From contig CM075981.1 in assembly GCA_038087875.1 (NCBI GenBank), positions 620,001 to 684,000 of the forward strand: DNA of 64,000 bases, given 5' to 3'. Source of the stretch: Malacoraja senta. Taxonomy: Eukaryota. Below, piece by piece: positions 51,184 to 63,294 of this stretch; positions within the stretch are counted from its first letter, which is position 1, and every line of letters starts with the position of its first letter. The notes below the pieces were generated by a model. The model saw only the letters and a program-made list of their open reading frames with translations, made no database searches and was not told where the DNA came from. A program made the position numbers and the translations under genes.

Positions 51184-51504
51184 CTTCAGAAACCTTCAAT
51201 GAGATGGAGGTCTTTTCATTGAATTTCCATCGAACCTGTATGACACACCAGTACCGTCCTTCATCACTCTTCTCCAGGTTGTCGATGGTTACGGAAAGTT
51301 TCTGTTGTGTTTTGTTATCAGTCATCGATGTTCTCTCATGTTGTGGGTCATCAGTAGAAACCACGGTAGAAGATGTCAAGTAATATTCACCATTACTCCA
51401 TAGCTTCCTGTTGTCTCTGTAATCCTGACCATACGGACATTCCACAGTGATCGACTGCCCTAACTCTCCCCTCGCCTCCTCGGGTCCAGTTATTTCCCTT
51501 GACC
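51184..51504 (-). CDS. Gene B Ig-V domain 2 (tandem copy of domain 1)
   Basis: gccaacag|GG TCA...GAA G|gtacg; 321 bp, phase 1/1; SITVECPY...W...DEGRYWC. Confidence 0.9.
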
Positions 51505-52154
51505 CTGTTGGCACATTAATGATGAAAGATCACTCACACTGCAGCAAAACAAGCAAAGTTTTAACAATAAAAATATGTCATTTGTGCTGTTCAGACAGGT
51601 TCATGGTTTCGCATAGATCATGTGTAGCAAGGAACTGCAGGTGCTGGTTTACACCTAAAGATAGACAGAAAGTGCTGGAGTAACTCGGCGGGTCAGGCAG
51701 AATCTCTGGAGAAATCGGATGGGTGTCCTTTTCGGGTCGGGACCCTTCTTGATCTCCCGGTTGCCAACCCTGTCCACGTCCCTTCCCATTCCCACACTGA
51801 CCTTTCTGTCCAGGGCCTCCTCCATTGCCAGAGTGAGGCCACATGCAAATTGCAGGAACCGCACCTCATATTAGCTCAGGTAGTTTACAACCCAACGGTT
51901 TGAACGTTGAATTCTCTAATTGTAAGTATCTTCTACTAACCTGCCCCCTCCCCTCCCCCCTTGACCCCTTTATCCACCCTGGTGGGTGAGGGGCCGGAGT
52001 AACTCAACGGGCCAGTAAATGAGGTATCTACCAACCCCACCCCCCTCACCCCGACCCCCGGGGATGAGTCAACGAGTCACCGTCAGGACCGAGGTCGGAA
52101 TTCCCAGGCTGGAATTTTCACATCTGGGAGAGTGAGGAGAAATCGTCAACGTAC

Positions 52155-52478
52155 CTTCAGAAACCTTCAATGAGATGGAGGTCAATTCAATGGGTGAATC
52201 CTTTTCCTTTTCTATCACACACCTGTAGTATCCTTCATCACTCTTCTCCAGGTTGTCGATGGTTACTGAAACTATCCGTTGTGTTTTGTTATCAGTCATC
52301 GATGTTTTCCCTTGTTGTGGGTGATCAGTAGAAACCACGGTCACAGGTGCTGGGTAATAATCACCTTTAAGCCATCGCTTCCTGTTGTCACTGTATTCCC
52401 GATCATACTGACATTCCAAAGTGACCGACTGCCCCAACACTCCCCTCACCTCCTCGGGTTCAGTTATTCCCCTTGACC
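52155..52478 (-). CDS. Gene B Ig-V domain 1
   Basis: gcccacag|GG TCA...GAA G|gtacg; 324 bp, phase 1/1; SVTLECQY...W...DEGYYRC. Confidence 0.9.
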
Positions 52479-55400
52479 CTGTGGGCACATTAATGATGAA
52501 ATATCACTCACACTGCAGCAACACAAGCTGAGGTTTAACAATAAAAAACATGTAATTTGTACTTAAGAGTTTAAGAAGGAACTGCAGATGCTGGAAAATC
52601 GAAGGTAGACAAAAGTGCTGGAGAAACTCAGCGGGTGCAGCAGCATCTATGGAGCGAAGGAAATAGGCAACGTTTCGGGCCGAAACCCTTCTTCAGACTG
52701 TACAGACGGGTTCATGGTTTCGCATAGATCATGTGTAGCAAGGAACTGCAGGTGCTGGTTTATAACAAAGATAGACACAAAGAGCTGGAGTAACTCAGCG
52801 GGACAGGCAGCATCTCTGGAGAAACCAACGGGTGATGTTTCCTCACCCATTCCTTCTCTCCAGAGATGCTGCCCGTCCCGCTGAGTTACTCCAGCATTTT
52901 GTGTCTCTTCTTTTCCATAGATTCTGTTGCACTTTAATGCTTTTCCCGCTGGTGTTAATTCCCATTTCACCGGGATTGTTCCCCAAGTTCCAGTGAAAGC
53001 AGAACTGCTCCTGAATCTATCTGGTGCCCAGATCCTCCTTCCCTGTGGGCGTGGCTTGACCTGAGTGGTGGTCATGTGACAGGAAGCCAACCTGTCACTC
53101 ACTCTGACCCACCCTGTGTTCAACCTCACTACAACCCACTTCCCCATTGAACTAGTAGAAACAAGGAACTGCAGATGCTGGTTAATACACAAAAGGACAC
53201 AAAGTGCTGGAGTAACTCCACGGGTCAGGAACCATCTCTGGAGAAAGTGAAACTCTCTGGGTGAAAAGGTTTTTCCTCATCTGAGTCCTAAATGGCCTAC
53301 CACTTATTCAGGTCTCAACCCTAAACGTCACCTATCCATGTTCTCCAGAGATGCTGCCTGACCTGCTGACTTACTGGTATGGTATGGTATATGGACACAC
53401 TGATTTGTTTTGTAGTAAATACCTACTATGTTCTGTGTGCTGAAGCAAAGCAAGAATTTCATTGTCCTATCAGGGACACATTACAATAAACTCACTTGAA
53501 CTTGAACTTGAACTCCAGCACTTTGTGCTTTACTAAAGCTGAATAGGCAGCTGCCTGTGATGCCTCAGCAGGTCAGGCAACATCGCTGGAGAACATGGAT
53601 ATGTAATGTTACAGGTACATACATGGTGGCACAGTGGCACAGGGGTAGAGTTGCTGCCTTACAGCGCCAGAGACCCGTGTTTGATCCTAACCTCGGGTGC
53701 TGTCTGTACGGAGTTTGTACGTTCTCCCCGTGACAGCGTGGGCTTTCTCCAGTTTCCTCCCACACTCCAAAGACATGCAGGTTTGTAGGTTAACTGGCTT
53801 ATGTTAAAATTGTAATTTGTTCCTCGTGTGTAGGATAGTGTTACTGTGCCATGTGATCGATGGTCGGCGTGGACTTTGTGGGCCAAAGGGCCTGTTTCCG
53901 TGCTGTATCTCTAAAGTCACTAAAGGAAAGTCACCAAGTGATGCAGCTTGACCTGCAGTGTTACTCCAGCACTTTGTGTTTTACTAAAGCTGAATAGCCA
54001 GTGGTGACTCAGCAGGTCAGGCAGCATCTGTGGAGAACATGGATAGGTGACGTTTCAAGTCAAGACCATGAGATACTGCCTGACCTACTGAGTTACGCCA
54101 GCACTTTGTGCCCCATTGAACTAAACTTCCCGGCCTGAGGTGGAAGCTGGATCTGCCACTGATGTTTCAAACTCCACGTCCACCTGGAATAATCATGAGG
54201 TGTCTTTTTCACACAAAGTCTGGTCGGTGTATGGATCAAGCTGCCAGAGGAAATAGTTGAGGCAAGGACTATCCCATCATTTAAGAAACAGTTGGACAGG
54301 TACATGGATAGGACAGGTTTGAAGGGACATGTACCAAACGTAAACAGGTGGGACAGGTGTTACTGAGACATGTTGGCCGGTGTGGGTAAGTTGGGCCGAA
54401 GGGCCTGTTTCCACACTGTATCACTATGACTCTAACACATGTGAAACTCTGCAGATTCAGGAGCTGGGGTGGAGACACATCATCAGATCAGTCCAGGTCC
54501 GAACTCAGAGGCTGGGGAAAGCACGGTGTGAAGAACAGCTCGAGCAGCAGAGTCTGTTGTAAGGAAGCTGGCTTTTCTCAGAGTGGAGATGTAGAGCCGT
54601 GCATGTTCCTTTAACATGGTGACCTCACTTCTACTAACCACTCCCCATTAGCTTCAGTATAAATGTAACCTTCCCACCCCTAGCTCGCTCTCTAGCTCCG
54701 GTAACGGACCACGAACAGCTAGGGCAATATGTGTGTATACGAATACAATGTATGCAATAAACTAGAGTGAAGACACCATGTGTTTGGACAGTCTTTACAG
54801 AGAGATTACCACAACTTCTCCAAATGCTAAATTGGACAGTCACTCTGGTGCTTCCTCATTTGAGATGCCCGCCTGTTCCCATCGGCTGGCTTTCACAGGT
54901 TTTTTCTTTGAATATGCTAAGGTTTAGGTTCAACATTTCCCATTGCAGTGCGTGGAGGGAGTGCCGTGTGTCTTTGATAGACACTAAATGCTGGAGTAAC
55001 GCAGCGGGTCAGGCGGCATCTATGGAGAGAAGGAATGGGTGACGTTTTGGGTCGAGACCCTTCTTCAGACCGAGTGTCGGGGGGTGGAGGAAGTCAAGAG
55101 ATATGCAAGAGGTAAGGCGTGAAAACGACAGAACAAAGCAGATGGTGATAAGGAAATGTAGATCGCAGAGCCGGAGAGCAGGAGGAATCACAGAGGGGGA
55201 ACAGCGAGGGAGGGTGTTGCAGAATTCTCGTCGGGTAGAAGAGGAGAACTTCTGTCCCAGGCTAACTGAACCACACCAAAAGTCAGAGAGTCGTTGGTTC
55301 AACTCCCACTCCCGAAGCTCGAGGACAGAGGGAGTGCGGTACTGAGGGGAATCACCACTGCTGGAGGTGATGTCACTTTGCCGAGGCATTTAGCTGATCT

Positions 55401-55906
55401 GCTGTCTGCTCTCTCAAGTCACTGAGAAAGTTCACCTGTAGATAGTTTGCACAGAATAGTGGAGCAAACTATCTGTTCTGGGGCCAAGAGTTACCCCTAC
55501 ACCCAAGATCAACAGGGCCAGCTGCGGACTTTAATTCTCAGGCTGCGGCCTCTGGTCCTAGACTCTCCCATTAATGGAAACATCCTCATCCCATCCACTC
55601 TATCCAGGCCTTCATTATTCGGTATTAAACATTAAACTTCATTATTCGGTAAGTTTCAATGAGGTCCACAAGGCCAGGCAAGCTCTAGATGGTTATCTCC
55701 CTTCTCCACAGGGAGCTAGCTGTGTGCGATTTGGCTGCACACAACACGACAACAGCCGCTGATGGAAGTCTCTACAGGAACTAACGAGTGTTAAGCAATT
55801 GATCATCAGCTCCCCACACAGTACAGAGAAGTCCTCGGTTACAAATAATTCAAGGCGCTGGTAAATAATTCTAAAGAACAGAGCATTTTGTAAAACAACG
55901 ATTTAC

Positions 55907-56004
55907 CTGGTGTGAGACCAACAGCGACAAGAACCAGCAGAGCGACTGTTCCCCTGGATCTGGGCCGTTTTCTGGTGGGTGAATTCTCCCTGTCCCACCG
56001 CCAT
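55907..56004 (-). CDS. Probable leader exon of CD300/pIgR-like gene B (...GTVALLVLVAVGLTP), ATG out of frame by 1 nt
   Basis: Hydrophobic stretch ends at phase-1 donor CCA G|gtaaat. ATG at 56002-56004 gives 98 nt instead of 97. Confidence 0.55.
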
Positions 56005-59000
56005 GTCTCGGCTACGTTGGATCGGTTTGGTCCCTGCACTGCGTTTGAGTTGTCCTCTTCCTCATTCACAACAGAAGTCAAACAGTCAATTTCCGTTTAC
56101 TCAGGAAACGACTTTGCAGTGGTTCGAGACTAACTTGGTGACTCACTTGCCACCTCCCCCAGCCTCCTCACCACGGACAATGCACCTATCAGGAGTGCGC
56201 TGCAACGCTCTCCTGTTGCCTGGATTGGAGCATCTCCTCGAAGCTCTGCTTCATCCTGGTGACATTTGCCCACTTGACTGGCGCTCTGTCCGCCACTGCA
56301 AACATTCCCTTGCCCACCCCCTCAACCCCCTCCCCCAAATGCAGGCACACTGTGTCCGAACTTGAATGGGGTTAGGAGGCAGAGATCAGCCATGTTTGAA
56401 TGGCGGAGTAGACTCGATGGGCCGAATGGCCAAATTCTACTCCTGGAATGTGTGAACTTTTTCACACAGAGAGTTGTGAGTCTGTGGAATCCTCTGCCTC
56501 AGAGGGCGGTGGAGGCAGGTTCTCTGATACTTTCAAGAGAGAGCTAGATAGGGCTCTTAAAGATGGCGGAGTCAGGGAAATGGGGAGAAGGCAGGAAAGG
56601 GGTACTGATTGTGGATGATCAGCCATGATCATATTGAATGGCAATGCTGGCTCGAAGAGCCGAAAGGCCTACTCCTGCACATATTGTCTATTGTCTATTG
56701 CCAAACGCGATCAGATAAGTCAACTCACGTCACCAGATAAACTCCTTGAAGGACAATTCACATATTTGAGCATCGGAGACCGGGTAAAGCTTAGTTTGAG
56801 GATGTGATTCATAAAATCATAGAGTGATACAGCACGGAAACAACTTGCCCTATGCCGATCAAGATGTCCCATGTACGCTAGTCCCTCTTTAGTTTAGTTT
56901 AGTTTAGAGATACAGTGCGGAAACAGGCCCTCCGGCCCACCGTGTCCGCACCGTCCAGTGATCCCCGCACATCAACACAAATGTTTACATTTACACCAAC
57001 CCAATTAACCTACAAAGCTGTTCATCTTTGGAGTGTGGGAGGAAACTGAAGTTCTCGGAGAAAACTCATGCAGGTCACTGGGAGAAAGTACAGACTATGT
57101 ACAGACAAGCACCTGTAGCCAGGATCAAACCCGGGTATCTGGCGCTGTTATACAATGTAAGGCAGCAACTCTACGGCTGCGCCACCGTAAAAATCAGGCC
57201 TTTGTTTGACCCCTGTCCCTACAAACCTTTCCTATTCACGTACCATGTCCTAATGCTTTTAAATGTTGTTAATAGTACCTGTCTCCACTAGCTCCTCTGG
57301 ACATGTTCCTTCCATATACCCATCAGCTTCTGTGAGATAACATTGTTGAGGTAGGATTAGGGTTGTGTGAGGGAGAAGACAAAGGAGATTGCATATACTA
57401 GAATCTGGAACAATAGGCAGAACACCTGAAAAACTCAACGGGTCAGGCAGCATCTGTGGAGGCAAAAAGTGCATGTTTGTATTCCGGCCGAGACACTACT
57501 TCGGGCTGAGGGTAAAAAATGGATATTTACCAATATATGAGGAGATGGGTCAAATGCGGGCAAGTGGGACTAGTGGACTAGGGTGGCGCAGTGGTAGAGC
57601 TGCTGCCTTACAGCGCTTACAGACAGGTTCGACTGTTAGACAGACTACGGGTGCTGTCTGTATGGAATTTGTACATTCTCCCTGTGACCGCCTGGGTTTT
57701 CTTCGAGATCTTCATTTTCCTCCCACACTCCAAAAATATAGGTTTGTAGGTTAGTTGGCTTGGAACAGCTGTAAATAGTCCCTAGTGCGTGTAGGATAGT
57801 GTTAATGCGTGGGGATTGCTGTTCGGTGCGGGCTCGGTGGGACGAAGGGTCAGTTTCCACGCTGTATCTCTAAACTAAACTATTGTGGGTAAGCAGTTTG
57901 GTCAGCATGGTCAAGTTGGGAAGAAGGGCCTGTTTCTGTGCTATATGACTCTATGAGTTTAACTCTGGTGCCAGTGCCCCGCCCTGCTCTGCCCCACTCA
58001 CCCTTCACGCTGGCACTGTGACATGTAGGTGGATTTGGATTTGACCATGGTTCTCCACACCTCACAGATCTGATAACCCACCCTGCATAGTCATAACAAC
58101 CCTAACCCGTAGAACCAATGATTTGGTTTCAAAATATTTACACTGGTGTTCAAATCTTCTTATCAACCTCACAACTTCCTATTTCTCAAAAACAAACATA
58201 TAATGCTGGAGTAACTCAATGGGCCAGGGAGCATCTCCAGAGAACATGGATAGGTAACGTTTTCGGTTGGGACCCTTCTTCAGGCTGATTGTAGTAGGGG
58301 GGAGAAAGTTGGGAGAGAGGTGGGGGAAGGATGAAGACTGGCAAGTGATAGGTGGATACAGGTGAGGGAGAGATGGTTATTGACTGATGGGTGAACGAAG
58401 GCCAGAGATGGAAAGAAGATAAAAAGCTTTGGGATATGGAGAGAAGAGGCATGAAATGTGAAGCTGGAAGAAAGGATATATATAGTTGGAAAGGGATGGA
58501 GGTTAGGGGAAAGGATTGTTGTGGGTTAATTACTTAAAACTAGAAAATTCAATGTTCCCACCATTGGGTTGCAATCTACCCGAGCAGACTATCAGATATT
58601 ACTGCATCTGTACTTCCTTGTGTCTTCCTGTTTCTCAACCTATTTTGACGTGAGTTGCTAGCATTGTGTTGTAACACTGCTACACTGGTGATGGAGAGGG
58701 TTGTACTGGGTGATATTTGTGGGGTTGGGGTTGCTGAAGGTGGAACTGCAACCACCACCAGAGACCTAGGTTCAATTCTGACCTCCGGCGCTATCGGTGT
58801 GGAGTTTGCACGTTCTCCCTGTGACCGCGTGGGTCTCCTCTGGGTGCTCCGGCATCCTCCCACATCCCCAAAACGTGTGGCTCTGTAGGTTAATTGGCCC
58901 TCTTGTCGAATTGCACTCAATGTGTAGGGAGTGCATGCAAAAGCGGTGTAACGTGGGACTAGTGTGAACAGGTGATCGATGGTCAGCGTGGACTCGGTGG

Positions 59001-60789
59001 GCCGAAGGGTCTGTTTCCATGCTGTATCTCGAACCAGCATGTGATTCGATGCCAAATTCCACCTGACAATGGTGCTGTGAAGAACCTCGAGACTTTTCCA
59101 GCACCTTTAATGCACTGTTGAAATGCAAGTTGCAATGCAAAATGAAATTATTGCAAAGAATTGCTCAATAAACCTTTAGTCAGAGGGTGATGAATCTGTG
59201 GAATTCTTTGCCACAGAGGCTGTCAGTGGATATTTTTAAGGCAGAGATAGAGAGATTCTTAATTAGTTCAGGTGTCACGGGTTATGGGGAGAAGGCAGGA
59301 GAATGGGGTTAGGAGGGAGAGATGGATCAGCCATGATTGAATGGCGCAACAGTCTTGATGGGCCGAATGGCCTAATTCTACTCCTTTCACCTAAGAACTT
59401 ATGACAAAATTCAGCCATCTTCATTTACATTGGATTACTTTAACCATTATTCAAAGTGCAGCATTTTACACGGCAAAGCTATTGGTAATAAAGTTAAAAG
59501 TTCACATTCTGGAGAGCCAGCTTTGAGTTCTAGTCTACGTACTGCTGTCTTTTGGGTGAATGTCAGGATGTACAGAAGTGTCTGCAAACATTGGTGCCTT
59601 TTTGAGGCAGCGACTCCGATAAATAAAATGTTTGGAGCTGAGTTCCAGAGGTCACCCCTCACCCTGCCACTATGTCCTACAGTGGTATAGGACAGGCAGC
59701 ACACCCTCCCCACTGACGATCAAGGAGCCTCTGTGTGGAGATAGATGATCAGATCAATCCAGATCATGTTCATAAGTTATAAGAGCAGAATTAGGACATT
59801 CGGCCCATCAAATCCACTCCGCCATTCAATCAATCATGGCTGATCTATCTTTCCTTCTAGACCCCATTCTCCTGCCTTCTCCCCATAACCCCTGACACTC
59901 GTACTAATCAAGAATCTATCAATCTCCGCCTTAAAAATGTCCTTGGCCTCCACATCCTTCTGTCGCAATGATTTCCACAGATTCACCACCCTCTGACTAA
60001 AGAAATTCGTTCTCATCTCCTTTCTCAAACTATGTCCTTTTATTCTGAGGCTAGGGCACAGATTCATCACCCTCTCTCTCAAGGGTGTCTTGGGTGACTT
60101 TCCCAGGCTACCTGAGCCACACCATGGGCCAGCGTAGACATCCAGCAAAAGGTCAGTCTGTGGCAGGGTGTGGTGGAGAATGTATGTCTAGCCTCCGAGA
60201 ATGTCGCATGGAGTTTTGTAAGGATCATGAATTGTATATATTTTATTTTTCTAATAAAGTATATTTTGAAATTTTAAAAAAAACGGAATCAGAGTGTTGT
60301 GGGTTCAACTCCCACTCCAGATGCTGTCACTCTGGCCTGCTGCTCTGCTGTCTGCTCTCACAAGCCTGCTTTCTCTCTTCAGTGCAGCACGGAGGTGCAG
60401 CGGTTAGCTGCTGCCTCACAGCGCCAGAGACCCGGGTTTGATCCTGACTACGGGTGCTGTCTGTGTGGAGTTTGAACGTTCTCCCTGTGACCTCGTGGGT
60501 TTCCTCCAGGTGCTCTGGCTTCCTCCCACATCCCTAATCCATGCGAGTTTGTAGGTTAAATACCTCTGCTAGATTGTCGCAAATGTGTAGGGAATGGATG
60601 AGAAAAGTGGGATAACAGAACTAGTGTGTACAGGTAGACAAAAATGCTGGAGAAACTCAGCGTTTTTGTCTACCTTCATGTTCCAGCATCTGCAGTTCCT
60701 TCTTAAACATAGTGTGTACAGGTGATCAATGGTCGGCGTGGACTCGGTGGGCCAATGGGCCTGTTTCCATGCGGTATCTCTAAACCAAG

Positions 60790-62975
60790 CATAGAAACAT
60801 AAAAACATAGAAAATAGGTGCTGGAGTAGGCCATTCGTCCCTTCGAGCCTGCACCGCCATTCAATATGATCATGGCTGATCATCCAACTCAGTATCCTGC
60901 ACCTGCATCCTCTCCATACCCCCTGATCCCTTTAGCCACAAGGGCCACATCTAACTCCCTCTTAAATATAGCCAATGAACTGGCCTCAACTACATTCTGT
61001 GGCAGAGAATTCCAGAGATTCACCACTCTCTGTGTAAAAAATGTTTTTCTCATCTCGGTCCTAAAGGATTACCCCCTTTTTTTTTTTTTTTACTGACTTC
61101 CGGTGGCGCTATGGAGGCTTGAGTCCAGTGCCAACTAGCTCCGTGCCGAAGAATCTGAAAACGGGAGAAAATCGGGTCTTACCTGCAGCGATTTGGAAAG
61201 GCCCTATAACCCCCACAATCAAAATGTGGATTATAGAAATGACGGAGACCTTAAATGTGGAAAGAATCAGATGTGGAATCAGAATCAAATGTGGAAAGAA
61301 AAGAATCAGATTTGCCCTGTTGGACAAACAGGAATTATTCGTTGGAACATGGTCTCCCTTTATTGATTATTTAAAGGGTCAGAATGGTTCAGCACAAGAA
61401 CCTGACTAGCACTCGGGCTAAAGAATGGATGAAATGTTATACTCTGAAATGTACGAATATATCTCGAACGAAGTTTTTTATCTTAATAAATGTTTCCATT
61501 CTTCTTTAACTATCTTTTTCTTCTCTGTTTTCTTTTTTTTTTTTCTTTCTTTACTTCATCTATCTTTTTAGTTCTATCTAGTTTAAAAATTTTTTTAAAA
61601 AAAGGCAAAAGGTATTGGAGACAATGTAATAATAATTGACGATATTATCAATTTAAAAATGTAAGACTGGTAATGATGATAATATGTTGTGTTTTATCTC
61701 CAATAAAAAATATTTTCAAAAAAAAAAAAATGTTTTTCTCATCTCAGTCCTAAAAGATTTCCCCTTTATCCTTAAACGGTGACCCCTTGTTCTGGACTTC
61801 CCCAACATCGGGAACAATCTTCCTGCATCTAGCCTGTCCAACCCCTTAAGAATTTTGTAAGTTTCTATAAGATTCCCCCTCAATCTTCTAAATTCTAGCG
61901 AGTACAAGCCAAGTCTATCCAGTCTTTCTTCATATGAAAGTCCTGACATCCCAGGAATCTGTCTGGTGAACCTTCTCTGTACTCCCTCTATGGCAAGAAT
62001 GTCCTTCCTCAGATTAGGAGACCAAAACTGTACGCAATACTCCAGGTGTGGTCTCACCAAGACCCTGTACAACTGCAGTAGAATCTCCCTGCTCCTATAC
62101 TCAAGTCCTTTTGCTATGAATGCTAACATACCATTCGCTTTCTTCACTGCCTGCTGCACCTGCATGCCTACTTTCAATGACTGGTGTACATGACACCCAT
62201 GTCTCGTTGCATCTCCCCTTTTCCTAATTGGCCACCATTCAGGTAATAGTCTACTTTCCTGTTTTTGCCACAAAGTGGATAACCTCACATTTATCCACAT
62301 TATACTGCATCTGCCATGCATTTGCCCACTCACCCAGCCTATCCAAGTCATCTTGCAGCCACCTAGCACACTCCTCACAGCTAACAGTGCCTGCCAGCTT
62401 CGTGTCATCCACAAACTTGGAGATGTTGCATTCAATTCCCTCGTCCAGATCATTAATATATATTGAAAATAGCTGGGGTCCCAGCACTGAGCTTTGCGGT
62501 ACCCCACTAGTCACTGCCTGCCATTCTGAAAAGGACCCGTTTACTCCTACTCTTTGCTTCCTGTCTGCCAGCCAGTTCTCTATCCACATCAATACTGAAC
62601 CCCCAATACCGTGTGCTTTAAGTTTGTATATTAATCTCTTATGTGGGACCTTGTCGAAAGCCTTCTGAAAGTCCAGATATAACACATCCACTGGTTCTCC
62701 CTTATCCACTCTACTAGTTACATCCTAGAAACTTCTATAAGATTCGTCAGACATGATTTACCTTTCATAAATCGATGCTGACTTTGTTCAATGATTTCAC
62801 CATTTTCCAAATGTGCTGCTATCCCATCTTTAATAACTGACTCTAGCAGTTTCCCCACTACCGATGTTAGACTAACTGGTCTGTAATTCCCCGTTTTCTC
62901 TCTCCCTCCATTTTTAAAAAGTGGGGTTACATTAGCTACCCTCCAATCCTCAGGAACTACTCCAGAATCTAAAGA
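60790..62975 (-). mobile_element. CR1 LINE closely related to 33888-35138, interrupted by an L1-derived insertion
   Basis: Near-identical RT and 3' UTR sequence to the 34-35 kb copy. Confidence 0.9.
61080..61724 (+). mobile_element. Internally deleted L1-like element (putative 5' tip + ORF2 C-terminus + 3' UTR + polyA)
   Basis: gacttccggtggcg start; WKGPITPTIKMWIIEMTETLNVERIR...WSPFIDYL; AATAAA at 61702; A-tail; ~43-bp flanking direct repeat. Confidence 0.75.
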
Positions 62976-63294
62976 CTAATCTTTCTCATAGCCTACATGT
63001 TACCCTGGCCTGTTCCTACATCAAAACTAACTTTAAAATATCCATTGACCTTGCCTCCACACCCCTGCAATTTATCTGCAATAAATAGCTACATTAACCA
63101 TATTACCTGATACAGCACCCCAAGTATTGTATAAGGATTGTATAATCACTTGCTTTTAGGAAAGAATTATGCCAAACAGCAGAACTGGTTTTGTTTAAAA
63201 AGATGTTTATTAACAAACATATTTTATTGGTTAACCTAAGCTGCTCTTGTCATTAGAGGTGAGAACAGTAATTAGTGATCAATTGATATAATAA

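Noticed and set aside
59660-59702. Pseudoknot-like pairings (ccact/agtgg, tgtccta/taggaca)
   Set aside because: Loop lengths are sterically implausible, it is single-copy, and it has no ribozyme core motifs.
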